A DNA stretch of 64,000 nt from positions 96,001 through 160,000 of the IMG/VR virus record IMGVR_UViG_3300031994_000010. One strand, 5' to 3'. The position numbers and the translations under genes are program-made. This DNA is from a virus. Lineage: Duplodnaviria; Caudoviricetes. Positions 40,924-51,291 of this stretch are shown here, in pieces. The stretch's first letter is position 1, and the number at the start of each line of letters is the position of its first letter. The notes beneath the pieces are model-generated. The model saw nothing but the letters and a program-made list of their open reading frames with translations, was not told the DNA's origin and searched no databases.

Positions 40924-41080
40924 CGGTTAAACTATTAAGATAACATTTAAGTGTTAATAAATCTCCATCTGGCTGAATTGGCGGGCATTTCTCGTCAATA
41001 CATAATCCTGCTCCTGCAATAAGGAATAGGTATCCAAGACAGAGGATAATAACGAATAGAATAATTAGAATTAATTCCAT
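40784..41080 (-). CDS. hypothetical membrane protein
   Basis: N-terminal TM; overlaps next gene. Confidence 0.5.
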   Translation of the reverse strand: MELILIILFVIILCLGYLFLIAGAGLCIDEKCPPIQPDGDLLTLKCYLNSLTDEEKNEFFENIKDPNYCGPHADRVRRLRGNSCKSENYSKVSSPNIQ

Positions 41081-41128
41081 TTTTCCTGCTAAGTTACGAA
41101 ATATATTTAAATTAAGCGAATCCGTTGA

Positions 41129-42784
41129 TTATTCATTAATTGTGGATTCGGCACGATTTTTGTTATATTCAAAATTGTATAAAGGATATGTTAGATTCCT
41201 CTATGCAAAGTTAAAGTTGAATGGCTAATCAAGTGAAACTTCAAATGGGGTAGAATAGCGAGCTCCTGGTATTTGTTCATTGGCAAATAAATTCATCGTA
41301 TTACCTTTAAGGAAATAATCTCCAACACTTCCCGATTTTGCTACAGAAGTTTTTACTGCAAAGGGATGTTCAAGAGTGAATGGCTTTGCTCCTACCATTC
41401 TTCCTACTTCTCTATTAATCCATGGAGTATTGCCAATATTTTTCATGGTTTTCTATAGTTTATCTCCAGTACTCCAAATGAAATTTCCTACTTTAGTACC
41501 AGCCTATTCACCTAATAAAGAAGTTGTCTTATCCATAGCTGTACCTCCAAATGAAAACAATTTATCATTGATATATTTTCCTGCTTGATTAAAAAGCGAT
41601 CTTAGTGGTTGAAGGTCCCAAACATCACGCATCATGTAACGATTAAACGAAGTTCCATCTGGTGCCTAGAATTGTCCATCGTATCTTATTCCAACACTTC
41701 CTCCATTGTTTCCTATAAAATCACTATGTACGTCGTATCCATTTCTAGTAGCCTATCTTATAGAAACTTCTGGATGTCTTTCTTTAAATAATCCAAACAG
41801 ATTATAAGGCGACTACTCTGCGTCATACTGATATGTTCCATTCTCATTTTTCTTATAAAAGGGTGTACTTTCCTCTGGGGCACCTGCATATTTTGAAACA
41901 GCTTGTGCTCTTCCGACTTCAGAAGGAGCATATTCTTCATCACCACCATAAGTCCTAAGTTTACCTTTTTCTACTAAGGTTACTGACTAATCCCCAGTTT
42001 CTGGGTTTATCTTAACTTTTGGATATTCTTTAACTCCTCCTTTAGTAAGTGTTGTTATAAAAGATGGAACTCGCTACGCTTGACTATATCCATAACTTGT
42101 TCCAAATTCATTTGCAAATGTTCTAGCTACAGTTGGTTGAATTGCTTTATTAAAAAGACTGAATCCTATTGGTGCTGCGAAAGATCCAATTATCTATCCT
42201 GCTTCTTTATTTCCAAATTCTTCACCAATTTTTCCTCCGGCATAACCTCCTAACATAGAAGTTCCAAGTCCAAAGAGTGCAGTATGTGGTGCAGCAGCAA
42301 AATTCCCTGCCATTGCCATAGCAAGAGGCGTATCTCTTCCTACGAAACGGGCGAAGGATGGGGTTGCTCTCCATTGGTCGGATACATTTGTCATCTACCC
42401 AAGACCACTATGTAGTCCCCATCCTGCCATAGCATTATTGAGCCATACTTGATTACCATCCCTGATTTCTCCGTGAGTGGCTGCATAAGCATCAGACTAC
42501 TGTTGTGTAGGTTCGGTATGTGTTATTCCATATTGTTTATCTTGTAGTCCTTTTTGGTATCTCCGATAGCTTTTATTTGCGTTTTCTGTTGCTATTCTGC
42601 GATTTGCTCGTCTTGTTTGTTGTTTTACCTTTTGATCTTCTTCTAGCTATTTTCTATTAACTGTTACGTTTGAATTTGTGTTTGTCCCAGGGACGGCTGT
42701 TGCTTCTTTCTCCCATTTGGCTAATTGTGCTGGGGAAATATTAATTTTCAGCCGTCCTGATGGGTTTTGAAATTTTTGAATCAT
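41129..42784 (-). CDS. code-15 protein, 551 aa (probable virion/late protein)
   Basis: ATG 42784 (MIQKFQNPSG); only TAG interruptions to TAA 41129; DVWDLQP...KPF motif. Confidence 0.8.
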
Positions 42785-42794
42785 TTTCTTTTTT

Positions 42795-43328
42795 TTATTG
42801 AATCAGGTCCGAGGGTGCCACAACGAGTTGGTCGGGCGACATTCCTCTTTTTTTCATTTTGTCTTTTAACCCTGCGATATTATACTCGCTGATTTTTCTT
42901 GGCTTGCATAGTTCTATACCGAATTGGTTTTTATAGATTTCCCATACAAGTTCTGAGCAATAGTACTTTCCGTTGTTGAACTTAAAAGCAAGGTCGTAGG
43001 GTATTCCAAGATATTGCTTATAACGTACTTTTACGGGTTGTTCGATCACTCTCACTTTCTTTACCTTATGAAGCCGTCCTCTTGCTGTCCATTCCTTAAT
43101 GGGTGTCAGCTTGACTGTGCTGGAGGCCTCAAGTACATAGAGCTGGTTGTTTTTCTCGACTACAATTCCACAATGTGACCAAGGTGAAGCTGTAGCATAC
43201 TGAATGAGCGGTGACTGCCTACTTGTTGACATCTGGAAAACGATGTCGCCTTCCTTGTAGGAGGTGTCATTCACCATAAACGATACACTTGCGATAGCGA
43301 GTGCGACTAGTAATAACGCTTTTTTCAT
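42795..43328 (-). CDS. YiiX/YebB-like permuted papain-like (NlpC/P60) hydrolase
   Basis: EGDIVFQ, SHCGIV, PYDLAF, YYCSELVW. Confidence 0.88.
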   Translation of the reverse strand: MKKALLLVALAIASVSFMVNDTSYKEGDIVFQMSTSRQSPLIQYATASPWSHCGIVVEKNNQLYVLEASSTVKLTPIKEWTARGRLHKVKKVRVIEQPVKVRYKQYLGIPYDLAFKFNNGKYYCSELVWEIYKNQFGIELCKPRKISEYNIAGLKDKMKKRGMSPDQLVVAPSDLIQ

Positions 43329-43334
43329 GTAATA

Positions 43335-43904
43335 TTAGGGTTTTATATATTCTCCAGTAGGTCCCCAATAAGGGACTATTCCATGTGGGGTTCCCCAAGT
43401 ATAAGGTCCAAACCCACTAAATTTATACCAGGGCATTGATCTTTTTAGTATTGTTGCACCATAAGTACCGCAATTGTGATCAAGTATCCTATAAGGGGTA
43501 TTAACATAAAAACCATTTTCTCTATCTCCAGATTCAGCACTTTGCATTAATTTTATCATTTTATCTTCGTCTGCACCTTTGATATAGTGGACTCGTGTAA
43601 CACCCCCAGAATGACCATACATGGCATCTAATTGTCTTGCATAGTTATCAAGTTCTTTACTAGTTGGATTTCCAGGTGATTTCATTCTAAATGAAGGAAC
43701 ACTAATTCTTCTAGCTACTCCCTAGTTTTCTCTATCATATCTTCCGTATTCCGAACCTCTTGTAGTTCCAGTGTCTTCATCAACAGCTATTACAGCACCG
43801 TGACCAAGACCAACTCTTCCACTAGATCCAGGAACCTTTACCTAATAAGCTGGAAATTCTACATACAGTCCATCAGGAGATTGTTGATTAATTGTTAAAG
43901 CCAT
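43335..43904 (-). CDS. code-15 permuted papain-like domain protein, 189 aa
   Basis: ATG 43904 (MALTINQQ...), two TAG; GHGAVI...EYGRY...HNCGT. Confidence 0.75.
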
Positions 43905-44422
43905 TTTATTTTATGTTTTCCTTGTATTAAATTGTTTATATAATTATAGTAGTCTTTAGGTGAAATATTAATATGTGCCCAATGCCAACCATCAGAATTT
44001 CTAAAAATTTGATATTCTCCTTTATCTCGATAACAATTATTTGGAAAAATATTTTTTTGTTTAAAATCGGAAATCCATTGATCTCCATTCCAGATGGCTA
44101 TATGCCCAAAAACCGATTTATTATTCTGAGGTAATACAACTACATCACCTTTAATTGGAACATAGTTTTCTACAGTAATCTCTTGGTATCCTAATTGCGG
44201 CAATACTTTATTATAAGCATATGCCGGAAGAATTGGACATTGAAAACATCCTCCATGATGAATTGCTCTCATACAATACCAAGCACACATACATCTAGAA
44301 CGTTCATTTGAATGTTCTGTAATGTAGTTAACTACTAAATTATTATTATATCTATAAGGTAAATTAGATCCGATAATAACAGCTAAAATAATTATCATCG
44401 AATACTTAAATAATCTCTTCAT
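43895..44422 (-). CDS. CHAP/NlpC-P60-like peptidoglycan amidase
   Basis: CAWYCMRAI...GDVVV...GHIAIWNGDQWISDFKQ. Confidence 0.8.
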   Translation of the reverse strand: MKRLFKYSMIIILAVIIGSNLPYRYNNNLVVNYITEHSNERSRCMCAWYCMRAIHHGGCFQCPILPAYAYNKVLPQLGYQEITVENYVPIKGDVVVLPQNNKSVFGHIAIWNGDQWISDFKQKNIFPNNCYRDKGEYQIFRNSDGWHWAHINISPKDYYNYINNLIQGKHKIKWL

Positions 44423-44443
44423 ATAAAAAATCTTTTAAAAATA

Positions 44444-45619
44444 TTATTGATTCATTATGTATACATCGCTACCAGCGGCCCTAGCTGCTCTTGCATAGCT
44501 ATCAGTGCCTCCTGGAACAAATGTCCAAGCTCTAGCTGCGGGTGAATATCCTCCCCAGTTAAAAATATTTTCAGGATTAAATTGAGAACTTCTACGGAAC
44601 GGTAAAGTAGCAGAACAAGCTCCGGTTGCACAAGTATTTGTTATACTATATTCATCTCGATTAGGATCATTAGCTTGTCCATATATCCATTCTGTAGCTC
44701 TTTGAGTATCAACATCTGGTATAGTTATTGCCTAATATGCTCCAGTTTTAGTATCAGGTAATAATCCTTGAACTCTGGCAACATATGTTGAATCATTGTC
44801 ACTGGATCCATAACTTGGTAATGATATTCTTCTCCAGTTACCACCTTTTACAGTTGGACGTACGTGTCCAAAACCACTAGTATATCGTCCATACTCATAA
44901 TAATTACTAGCACCATCTGGACCAACCAATATAAATGCAGAATGTCCTACAGGAACATCTGGATTTCCTATAGCAGCTCCAACATCTACTCCACCAACTT
45001 TTAAAGCATTTGCAGATTTTCCCACAAAGTTAGGGTAATGAAGATAAATAGCATGTTCAGTACCACTAGTAGTTGTAGGGGTATTACTTTCTTCTTTTTT
45101 AGTAGAAGACGAACTTTTAGAAGACTGCTAAGGAGCTGGAGGAATATACCCGGCACCTCCTGTTGTAACTGGTCTAGGGTTGTTAGCACGTGCTTGTTCT
45201 TCCCGTTGTTGTCTTGCTTCTGATACTGTACGGCCATTAACAGTAGTTCTTGTTTGCTACGCTCTTGCAGAATAACCTCTAGGATTTGCAGTTACAGTAA
45301 CTTCTGGTAAACCATAACCCTATCCTGGAGCTAGTCTTCCTCCTAAAATTGGATTATATCCTGGTACATTTGTGGGATCATTACTCGTCTAACCATACTT
45401 TGGACCAAAATTAGAAGAAGACTGGGAACCTCCTATTCTTACATTTGTAACAGTTCCTTTATTTAAGTCTACATAATAGCCCATCTTTAAAGCTTTTGTA
45501 ACAGCATCTCTAGTTCTTCTTCCCATTTTACCGTCAACTTCAGCTGCTCTAGTAGCATTTTTTCCATAGGCTCCTATATCAAATAGTCTTGCCTATAGTT
45601 GTTTAAGTTTTTCGTTCAT
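44444..45619 (-). CDS. code-15 peptidoglycan-binding domain + permuted papain-like domain (candidate lysin), 391 aa
   Basis: KQL[TAG]ARL...VDGKMGRRTRDAV PG-binding motif; GHSAFI...EYGRY...NTCAT. Confidence 0.78.
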
Positions 45620-45647
45620 AATTTGTTTATTTATTTAATTTATTGAT

Positions 45648-45688
45648 AAAAAATAAAGGCCCTACCCCCACTCAGGGAGCAGGGCCTT
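45648..45688 (-). terminator. rho-independent terminator closing hairpin array
   Basis: AAGGCCCT/AGGGCCTT stem with U-run on minus strand. Confidence 0.6.
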
Positions 45689-45967
45689 GGCGAGAAGTAA
45701 ATTTCGTTCTTATTATTAAAATAGGAACTTCTTTAGCCTGCTAAGCGGAGAGTAAATATTAATCCTTAATTAAAATAGGAACTCTCTTAGCTTTTGACGG
45801 GGAGTAAAAAATTCTTAATCCTGTAAAAATAGGAACTCCCTTAGTCTTGTTGTAGCGAGAAGTAAAACTTATCCTTAATATTTTAAATAGGAACTTCTTT
45901 AGCTACGAATCTTAACGGAGAGTAAAATAATCAGCTTTAATGATAAATAGGAACTCTCTTAGTTAAG
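45689..45967. repeat. five tandem ~55 nt covarying hairpin units (putative ncRNA array)
   Basis: unit CG-RRRAGTAAA-N~17-AAATAGGAACTYYY-TTAG; inner and outer stems differ per unit but stay paired. Confidence 0.85.
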
Positions 45968-46366
45968 TTAAAATAAGCTTCCTACATCTGTCATAGAGCA
46001 ATTAACTCAAAGGCAAATAGACTTCATATTCGATGCAGAATTACTTCTACAAGTTTTCAATCCATCACCACTTTTATTTACCTCGAAGTGCAGATTCTCA
46101 CTGCTTTTCTCTTTCACAGTCTCCATCTGGTTGCTTTACCAATCGCGCTGACCTCAATCACGTGTTTGCCACTACAAGGTCTTTCAACTGTCAATTCAGT
46201 ATGCCCATTGAAGATTAAATCTTCGCCCTCGGAAGCTTATTATAATACTACTAACTCTTCACACAGCCTTTCGGATTGTGCTAAACTAACCGACCCGTAG
46301 CTCATACTTTGGAGGCCATCCCAGTAAGGTTTCGTTGATTTCGGTATAGTAGTATTTTTCTCAGAG

Positions 46367-48070
46367 TCAGTTCCCTGAGAAAAAGTTTATCAAGTCACCT
46401 TTAGAGGTGAGTTTGATTTCAGAGTCTTCAGAGATTCGAATCCCTTTCATTTGAAGCACTTTCCTTACCGTAAGGTAATTGCAGTCAACTAAATGATTGA
46501 GAATCTTTTCTCTAATGGATGTAGGAACCAACCCTTGACCTACATTACACGAATGGAACACAAACTTTCCATCCTTGAAATATCCAAGAGTGACATCTCT
46601 CATACCTGAGAAAAACATTTCTGCTTTATAGATAATGTTACGTGGATCTACCATGTAACCTCTACCAAAATCAGTAGCGTCTTCTTGAGCAACAAAGAGG
46701 TCATACTTGTAATTGGTACTTCCATTATATTCATTAACTGAAACAATGGAATCTTGTGGTTTGTTCCTAAACCATAGAATCTCAGTAGCTTCAGGATCTG
46801 CATCAGTCATATCCCCAGAAAATACTATTTCTTCATCGGCATTGTAATTGGCATTCCAACCAATACCATAACCGTCTATAGTACAACAATGCAAATCAAG
46901 ATCTCTGCATCCCCATTTATTGCGCCAATAAATACCAATCATAGTATTTCTATCAGCACAATTAATGTAAGAACCAAGAGGAATGTTACCGATGAAATTC
47001 TTTTCTGATGTTGGCATTGCAAGTTCAATTCCTTTAGGAAGAGATATTGACTCTACTTCTGGAACTTTACTAACAATAGCTGTCAGAAGGTGATTCTTCA
47101 GTTCTTTAGAAAGTTTCCTCTTGGAAGATTCTTTGTAGAATGCTTTACCATTCCTTATGACATAATAGCCAGTAGGATTAGTTAAAACATTATATATTTG
47201 AACTAACTTAAAGATTGGAGCCTTAATAAAGAGTTGTTCTCTCTCATAATAATCCATTTCTTCAAGTTGTAGCCACGGAGATTTTCTCATTGGTTTATGC
47301 AATTTAGTTGCAAGTTTCCTTATCATATTTATTGTGTGACAAAGTTCTTTACACTTTTTAAACTGCATAAAGACATCTTTATTTCTGTAGAAGACTGATG
47401 CAAGAACTTCTTTGTTCTTAGTAAGAACAGGTAACATACTTGATTCAGGTCGAATCTGAGCAAATGTTTCCTTGTTCTTAATAAGCATAGAAATGTTGAA
47501 CCACTTCCACAGAATCCAGAGTAAACACTCTTGACCATCCTTGAACTTGTAATCTATAGGAATAAGCCTAAGCTTTAACTCTCTATTCTTTACCTTATCT
47601 AAAGAAAGAGTAATGTTATACTCTTTAACTAGATCGGTAATAGAAATTAGAGTGTCAGCAGTCATAGCAATGTTGCTATATGCTAACTTAATCAAAGCCT
47701 CTTTAAACTCTTCAAGAGTAAAGCTTTCGAGAACTTTTAACTCCTTATATGGAAATTCTGGTAAATCTCCATCATTAGGAGTCCAAGCTTCTCCTTCAAA
47801 GTTTGTTCCATAAGTAGACATATAATGTTTTACTTGATCTAAGAATAATTCCCAACGAGTTTTAGATGTTACATCATTCCAACTTTTATAAAAAGTTGAA
47901 TTGACGTTTATCTGCTGCTCACGGAAATATTCATAGAGCCACCTGTAACACAGGTTTTCTGGAACAAACACTCCTTGTTTAAGGGTCAGCTCATTCATTT
48001 GATTAAATGAGACTTTGGGCTTACTAGTCAATAAGACCTTGCCAAAGATTTTAAATACTTTCTTTTCCAT
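46367..48070 (-). CDS. large hypothetical protein with C-terminal TerD-like domain
   Basis: 567 aa; GIYW...DLDLH...GWN...FSGDMTDA...ATE resembles TerD domains. Confidence 0.6.
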   Translation of the reverse strand: MEKKVFKIFGKVLLTSKPKVSFNQMNELTLKQGVFVPENLCYRWLYEYFREQQINVNSTFYKSWNDVTSKTRWELFLDQVKHYMSTYGTNFEGEAWTPNDGDLPEFPYKELKVLESFTLEEFKEALIKLAYSNIAMTADTLISITDLVKEYNITLSLDKVKNRELKLRLIPIDYKFKDGQECLLWILWKWFNISMLIKNKETFAQIRPESSMLPVLTKNKEVLASVFYRNKDVFMQFKKCKELCHTINMIRKLATKLHKPMRKSPWLQLEEMDYYEREQLFIKAPIFKLVQIYNVLTNPTGYYVIRNGKAFYKESSKRKLSKELKNHLLTAIVSKVPEVESISLPKGIELAMPTSEKNFIGNIPLGSYINCADRNTMIGIYWRNKWGCRDLDLHCCTIDGYGIGWNANYNADEEIVFSGDMTDADPEATEILWFRNKPQDSIVSVNEYNGSTNYKYDLFVAQEDATDFGRGYMVDPRNIIYKAEMFFSGMRDVTLGYFKDGKFVFHSCNVGQGLVPTSIREKILNHLVDCNYLTVRKVLQMKGIRISEDSEIKLTSKGDLINFFSGN

Positions 48071-48087
48071 TTTCTTGTTTTATTTAG

Positions 48088-48659
48088 TAGCGCAGACGGG
48101 ACTCGGACCCGTACGTTCATTACTGAACACTGGATTTTCCTGCCACTCTATGTTACCATAGCCAAATGATTAGCCATCTACTTGGCAATGACCGCCGCAT
48201 CTTTCAGCGACCGTAGAGATTCGCACTCTTCCTATTTTTTCAAGGCAGTGTAATCATCTGTTGTGGTCTGGCACCAAACTAATGTTTGGTGGAGGTTAAA
48301 CCTCACTGTCTCAGTACCATATTGAATTCTTGCGCAAGTTGTGTCTGTTTCAGTGATAGTAGCACATGTAAGTCTACCCATTTGACAGGCCACACAATTC
48401 AACTTAGGTATCTCCCGTTCAGTCTCTACACGATTATGAGAATTACTATGAGGTGTTCTTATGTTATCTCTTGTTCATTCTCATTTTCGCTCGGTGTTGT
48501 CCTTCCACATTATTGATTAGTGAGGTTACATATTTTCTCTCTTACGAAGGCTAACGTCTTTAAGGAGTTTCACCGAATTTAGGAGATTCTACATAGGGAT
48601 TTCTCGCCTATGCACTCAATTTTTAAGTCCAGGGCGTCTACCAATTCCGCCACTGCGCC
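48088..48659 (-). tRNA. tRNA-Leu(UAA) split by group I intron
   Basis: 5' exon GGCGCAGTGGCGGAATTGGTAGACGCCCTGGACTT + 3' exon AAAATCCAG...GTCCGAGTCCCGTCTGCGCTA; joined loop CTTAAAA. Confidence 0.88.
48139..48624 (-). ncRNA. group I intron in tRNA-Leu(UAA), 486 nt, after U34
   Basis: P1 ACUU/GAGU, AAATTCGGTGAAAC, GTGTAGAGACT core, terminal G; same site as cyanobacterial tRNA-Leu introns. Confidence 0.85.
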
Positions 48660-48802
48660 TTATGAAGCTATTAGTTAAGTAGTTTTAAAACCCTATAACT
48701 AACAACTTGAAAAGTAGAGAGAGAATCAAGAATTACTTCTCAATTCTCTCTTTGAGCTAACTTAACTATTATATTTCAAATAGTCAAGTCCAAGTCTACC
48801 CT

Positions 48803-49213
48803 TTATAAAGTAATCCATTTTATAAAGTTTCTGACTGGAGAATCAGGACATTTCAGTGCTGTCTCAACATCAACTTGAGGCTTAGACACTTTATATCCTA
48901 ATTTTTTTAGGAATGCTGTAGCAGATTCTTCAGAAAGAACTGAAGATACCTTCTTTATAGGCTTCTTCGATGCCGTATCTCTGATTGCCTGTAGCTTTGA
49001 GATGTGCACGGGTTCCTTTGAGAACCTATACTTACCTCTCTCTGTCTTTATCAGCACTCCGAGTTTGACCGCAGCTGACACGTACTTTGTTCCTTTGAAA
49101 CCAAAGTTCTTGAAAATGTCAAGAATCTGGTTATATGTGTATACTGCGAAATTGTCTGCACGGAACTTATTAAAGTCCGCACACAGTTCTTTACTGATTA
49201 TTATCTTCTTCAT
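48803..49213 (-). CDS. hypothetical basic protein
   Basis: 136 aa ORF. Confidence 0.65.
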   Translation of the reverse strand: MKKIIISKELCADFNKFRADNFAVYTYNQILDIFKNFGFKGTKYVSAAVKLGVLIKTERGKYRFSKEPVHISKLQAIRDTASKKPIKKVSSVLSEESATAFLKKLGYKVSKPQVDVETALKCPDSPVRNFIKWITL

Positions 49214-49400
49214 CGTAGAAACAATCTGCTACATTAGTTAATACTTGTACTAATTCTCCCTCGTTATTGGGAGCAAGAGTCAGAATCTGCTGTCCACGCA
49301 ACTGATTTAACAGCTCAGGACGTCCTGAAACGTCACAGATAGCCCAGTTCTTGTTGTACTGGACTTCTATACCATTAATCTTTACCTTATTAGGTTTCAT
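49191..49400 (-). CDS. hypothetical protein (start uncertain)
   Basis: C-terminal part of 49191..49502 from approx MKPNKVK. Confidence 0.45.
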   Translation of the reverse strand: MKPNKVKINGIEVQYNKNWAICDVSGRPELLNQLRGQQILTLAPNNEGELVQVLTNVADCFYDEEDNNQ

Positions 49401-49572
49401 ACCTTTTTTCTGCCTGCCCAGAATATTTAATACAGGAAATTCCAGTTTCTGCTGGCAATATCCACATTTTAACCAACTGTTACTATTATTCGCAGCATTC
49501 AATAGTGGCCTAAGGAAAAGTATACTATTTTCACAAACCGTATACTTAAATTCAAATTACAATAGTATGATT

Positions 49573-50007
49573 TTAAACATACTTTCTCAAATGCTGTTCA
49601 ATAGCACTTACATTTGAGATAAGGTGGTTTTGATACTGTTCCATCAGAAGTTCTCCAATGGAAATCCCTTCACCCCACTCTTCTTCCAAGTAAGGAAGCC
49701 AGCCTGGAATGTTTCTGGTATTGATACCATAAATGTCTCCAAGGAATACTTCAGACGGCCTCATAGTCCTAATGTCATTTGTACGGAACATTCCATAAGG
49801 ACAAGGACCAATGTTCTCATTCTGGTAACCTAAGTTCCAGAGCCATTTATGGCATTCAAACAACTCCATAAGTGACTTACAGTTATTAATCTTCTTAATA
49901 ACTTTTGGAGCATTCTTGATAAGCTCCAAATCTCTTGCTCGCTGACTAGCGAGTTGCCTAAACTTGAAAATCTTATTCCAAGTTGTAAGCTCTAATCTTT
50001 TGTTCAT
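49573..50007 (-). CDS. hypothetical protein
   Basis: 144 aa ORF. Confidence 0.7.
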   Translation of the reverse strand: MNKRLELTTWNKIFKFRQLASQRARDLELIKNAPKVIKKINNCKSLMELFECHKWLWNLGYQNENIGPCPYGMFRTNDIRTMRPSEVFLGDIYGINTRNIPGWLPYLEEEWGEGISIGELLMEQYQNHLISNVSAIEQHLRKYV

Positions 50008-50393
50008 ATTGTTTAAAGTTTAAAGGTTTAGATTGTTTTGTAAATAAAAGAGGGACTATCACTAGCCCCTCCATTACCCTAAAAACAAAAACAATTTCGG
50101 GAGATTATTTATAGTCGCTTTGCTCCCCACTACCTATTGAAGATAGCGAATCCACCCATTAATCGATGGTAATCATCAGTAAACCTGCGACTTAACAAAC
50201 ATGGCAGTTTATATTGTTTTTGTTAAAACCTTCTCCACGTTTCACAACGCAGAGAAGTAAAATAAGAGATATTATTTAACCCATTCATCAATCGCCTCTT
50301 GTGGAGTTAAACCTGCTGCTAACTCCATGCGAATTTCCTCTTCTAAGCCATATTTTCTTGCCAAGAAAATAGCTTCTTTTGGAGTGTTTACTA

Positions 50394-50780
50394 TCATATC
50401 AAATACTGATTTGTTCCTATTTGTTTCCACTGCTCCCCATTAATGAACACTGCATTATCAGGAAATTTCTCTTTCCACTCTAAAGGAGGTTCTCCCTGGC
50501 ACCAGAGATTCGTAGTGGTAACTACAGTTCCATCATTAAATTTAATGTGGAATTCCCGGCCACCAAACCCACGAAAGTAATCATTGGAATCCTCATTACC
50601 TATTATATAATGAGTTCCATCGATCATACACCATTTATGAGGAGGAAGTTCAGCATCCTCCGCCAATCTTTCTCTCCAGAAGTTGCATCTAAAACACATC
50701 TGATGTTCTAACATTGCTTTAGAACAATCAGATATGTAACGATCAGCATCTACTGGAGAACCGCAAATTTTACAGTTCAT
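50394..50780 (-). CDS. hypothetical Cys-rich protein (CxxC..CxxC; GFGG..TTNLWCQG)
   Basis: start trimmed to MNCKIC. Confidence 0.7.
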   Translation of the reverse strand: MNCKICGSPVDADRYISDCSKAMLEHQMCFRCNFWRERLAEDAELPPHKWCMIDGTHYIIGNEDSNDYFRGFGGREFHIKFNDGTVVTTTNLWCQGEPPLEWKEKFPDNAVFINGEQWKQIGTNQYLI

Positions 50781-50906
50781 AATACAAAGATGCAACAATT
50801 AGAGAGAAACCTAAACATAGTCCTAATTTATCTCCACTTAATAGGAGACAACTAAGTGTCGCAAACACTGTTACGGCACTTAGCATAGAGTATTTAATGA
50901 GTTTCT

Positions 50907-51170
50907 TCATAATACTAACAATAATATGTCAAAAGCCATTATAGTCACTATACAAGCCATTAATGCCTGTTGTCTCTTGGACAACTCTTCAAAGTATTCT
51001 GAGTTATAATAAACCCATTGAAGAATTGTTCCATTTGAGTATATCATGGCTAGTAATGCTACTGGCACATCAATATTCTCACACATTATAAGAGAAATAG
51101 GCAGCACGACTTCAAGTATTACTGCCAATACCATTGACAGCAGTACTACGAGAATTCCTAAATGTTTCAT
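50907..51170 (-). CDS. membrane protein
   Basis: hydrophobic 87 aa ORF. Confidence 0.55.
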   Translation of the reverse strand: MKHLGILVVLLSMVLAVILEVVLPISLIMCENIDVPVALLAMIYSNGTILQWVYYNSEYFEELSKRQQALMACIVTIMAFDILLLVL

Positions 51171-51291
51171 AATTGTGAATCAGCTAAATCACAGTAATGA
51201 ATAGACTTCCAATCTTCTTCTGTTAATTCTTCTTTAGGAACAGAAATCTCCTCAAGGGAGATTTCTTTCCAATTAGAGAAGTCAGCTCTTT

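Noticed and set aside
37060-45619. Pseudogene decay as the explanation for fragmented ORFs
   Set aside because: All interruptions I traced are TAG in one frame, with no frameshifts or TAA/TGA; recoding explains it better
45689-45967. CRISPR mini-array
   Set aside because: Repeats are not identical, they covary as stems, variable parts are only ~17-20 nt AT-rich loops, and no cas genes are present
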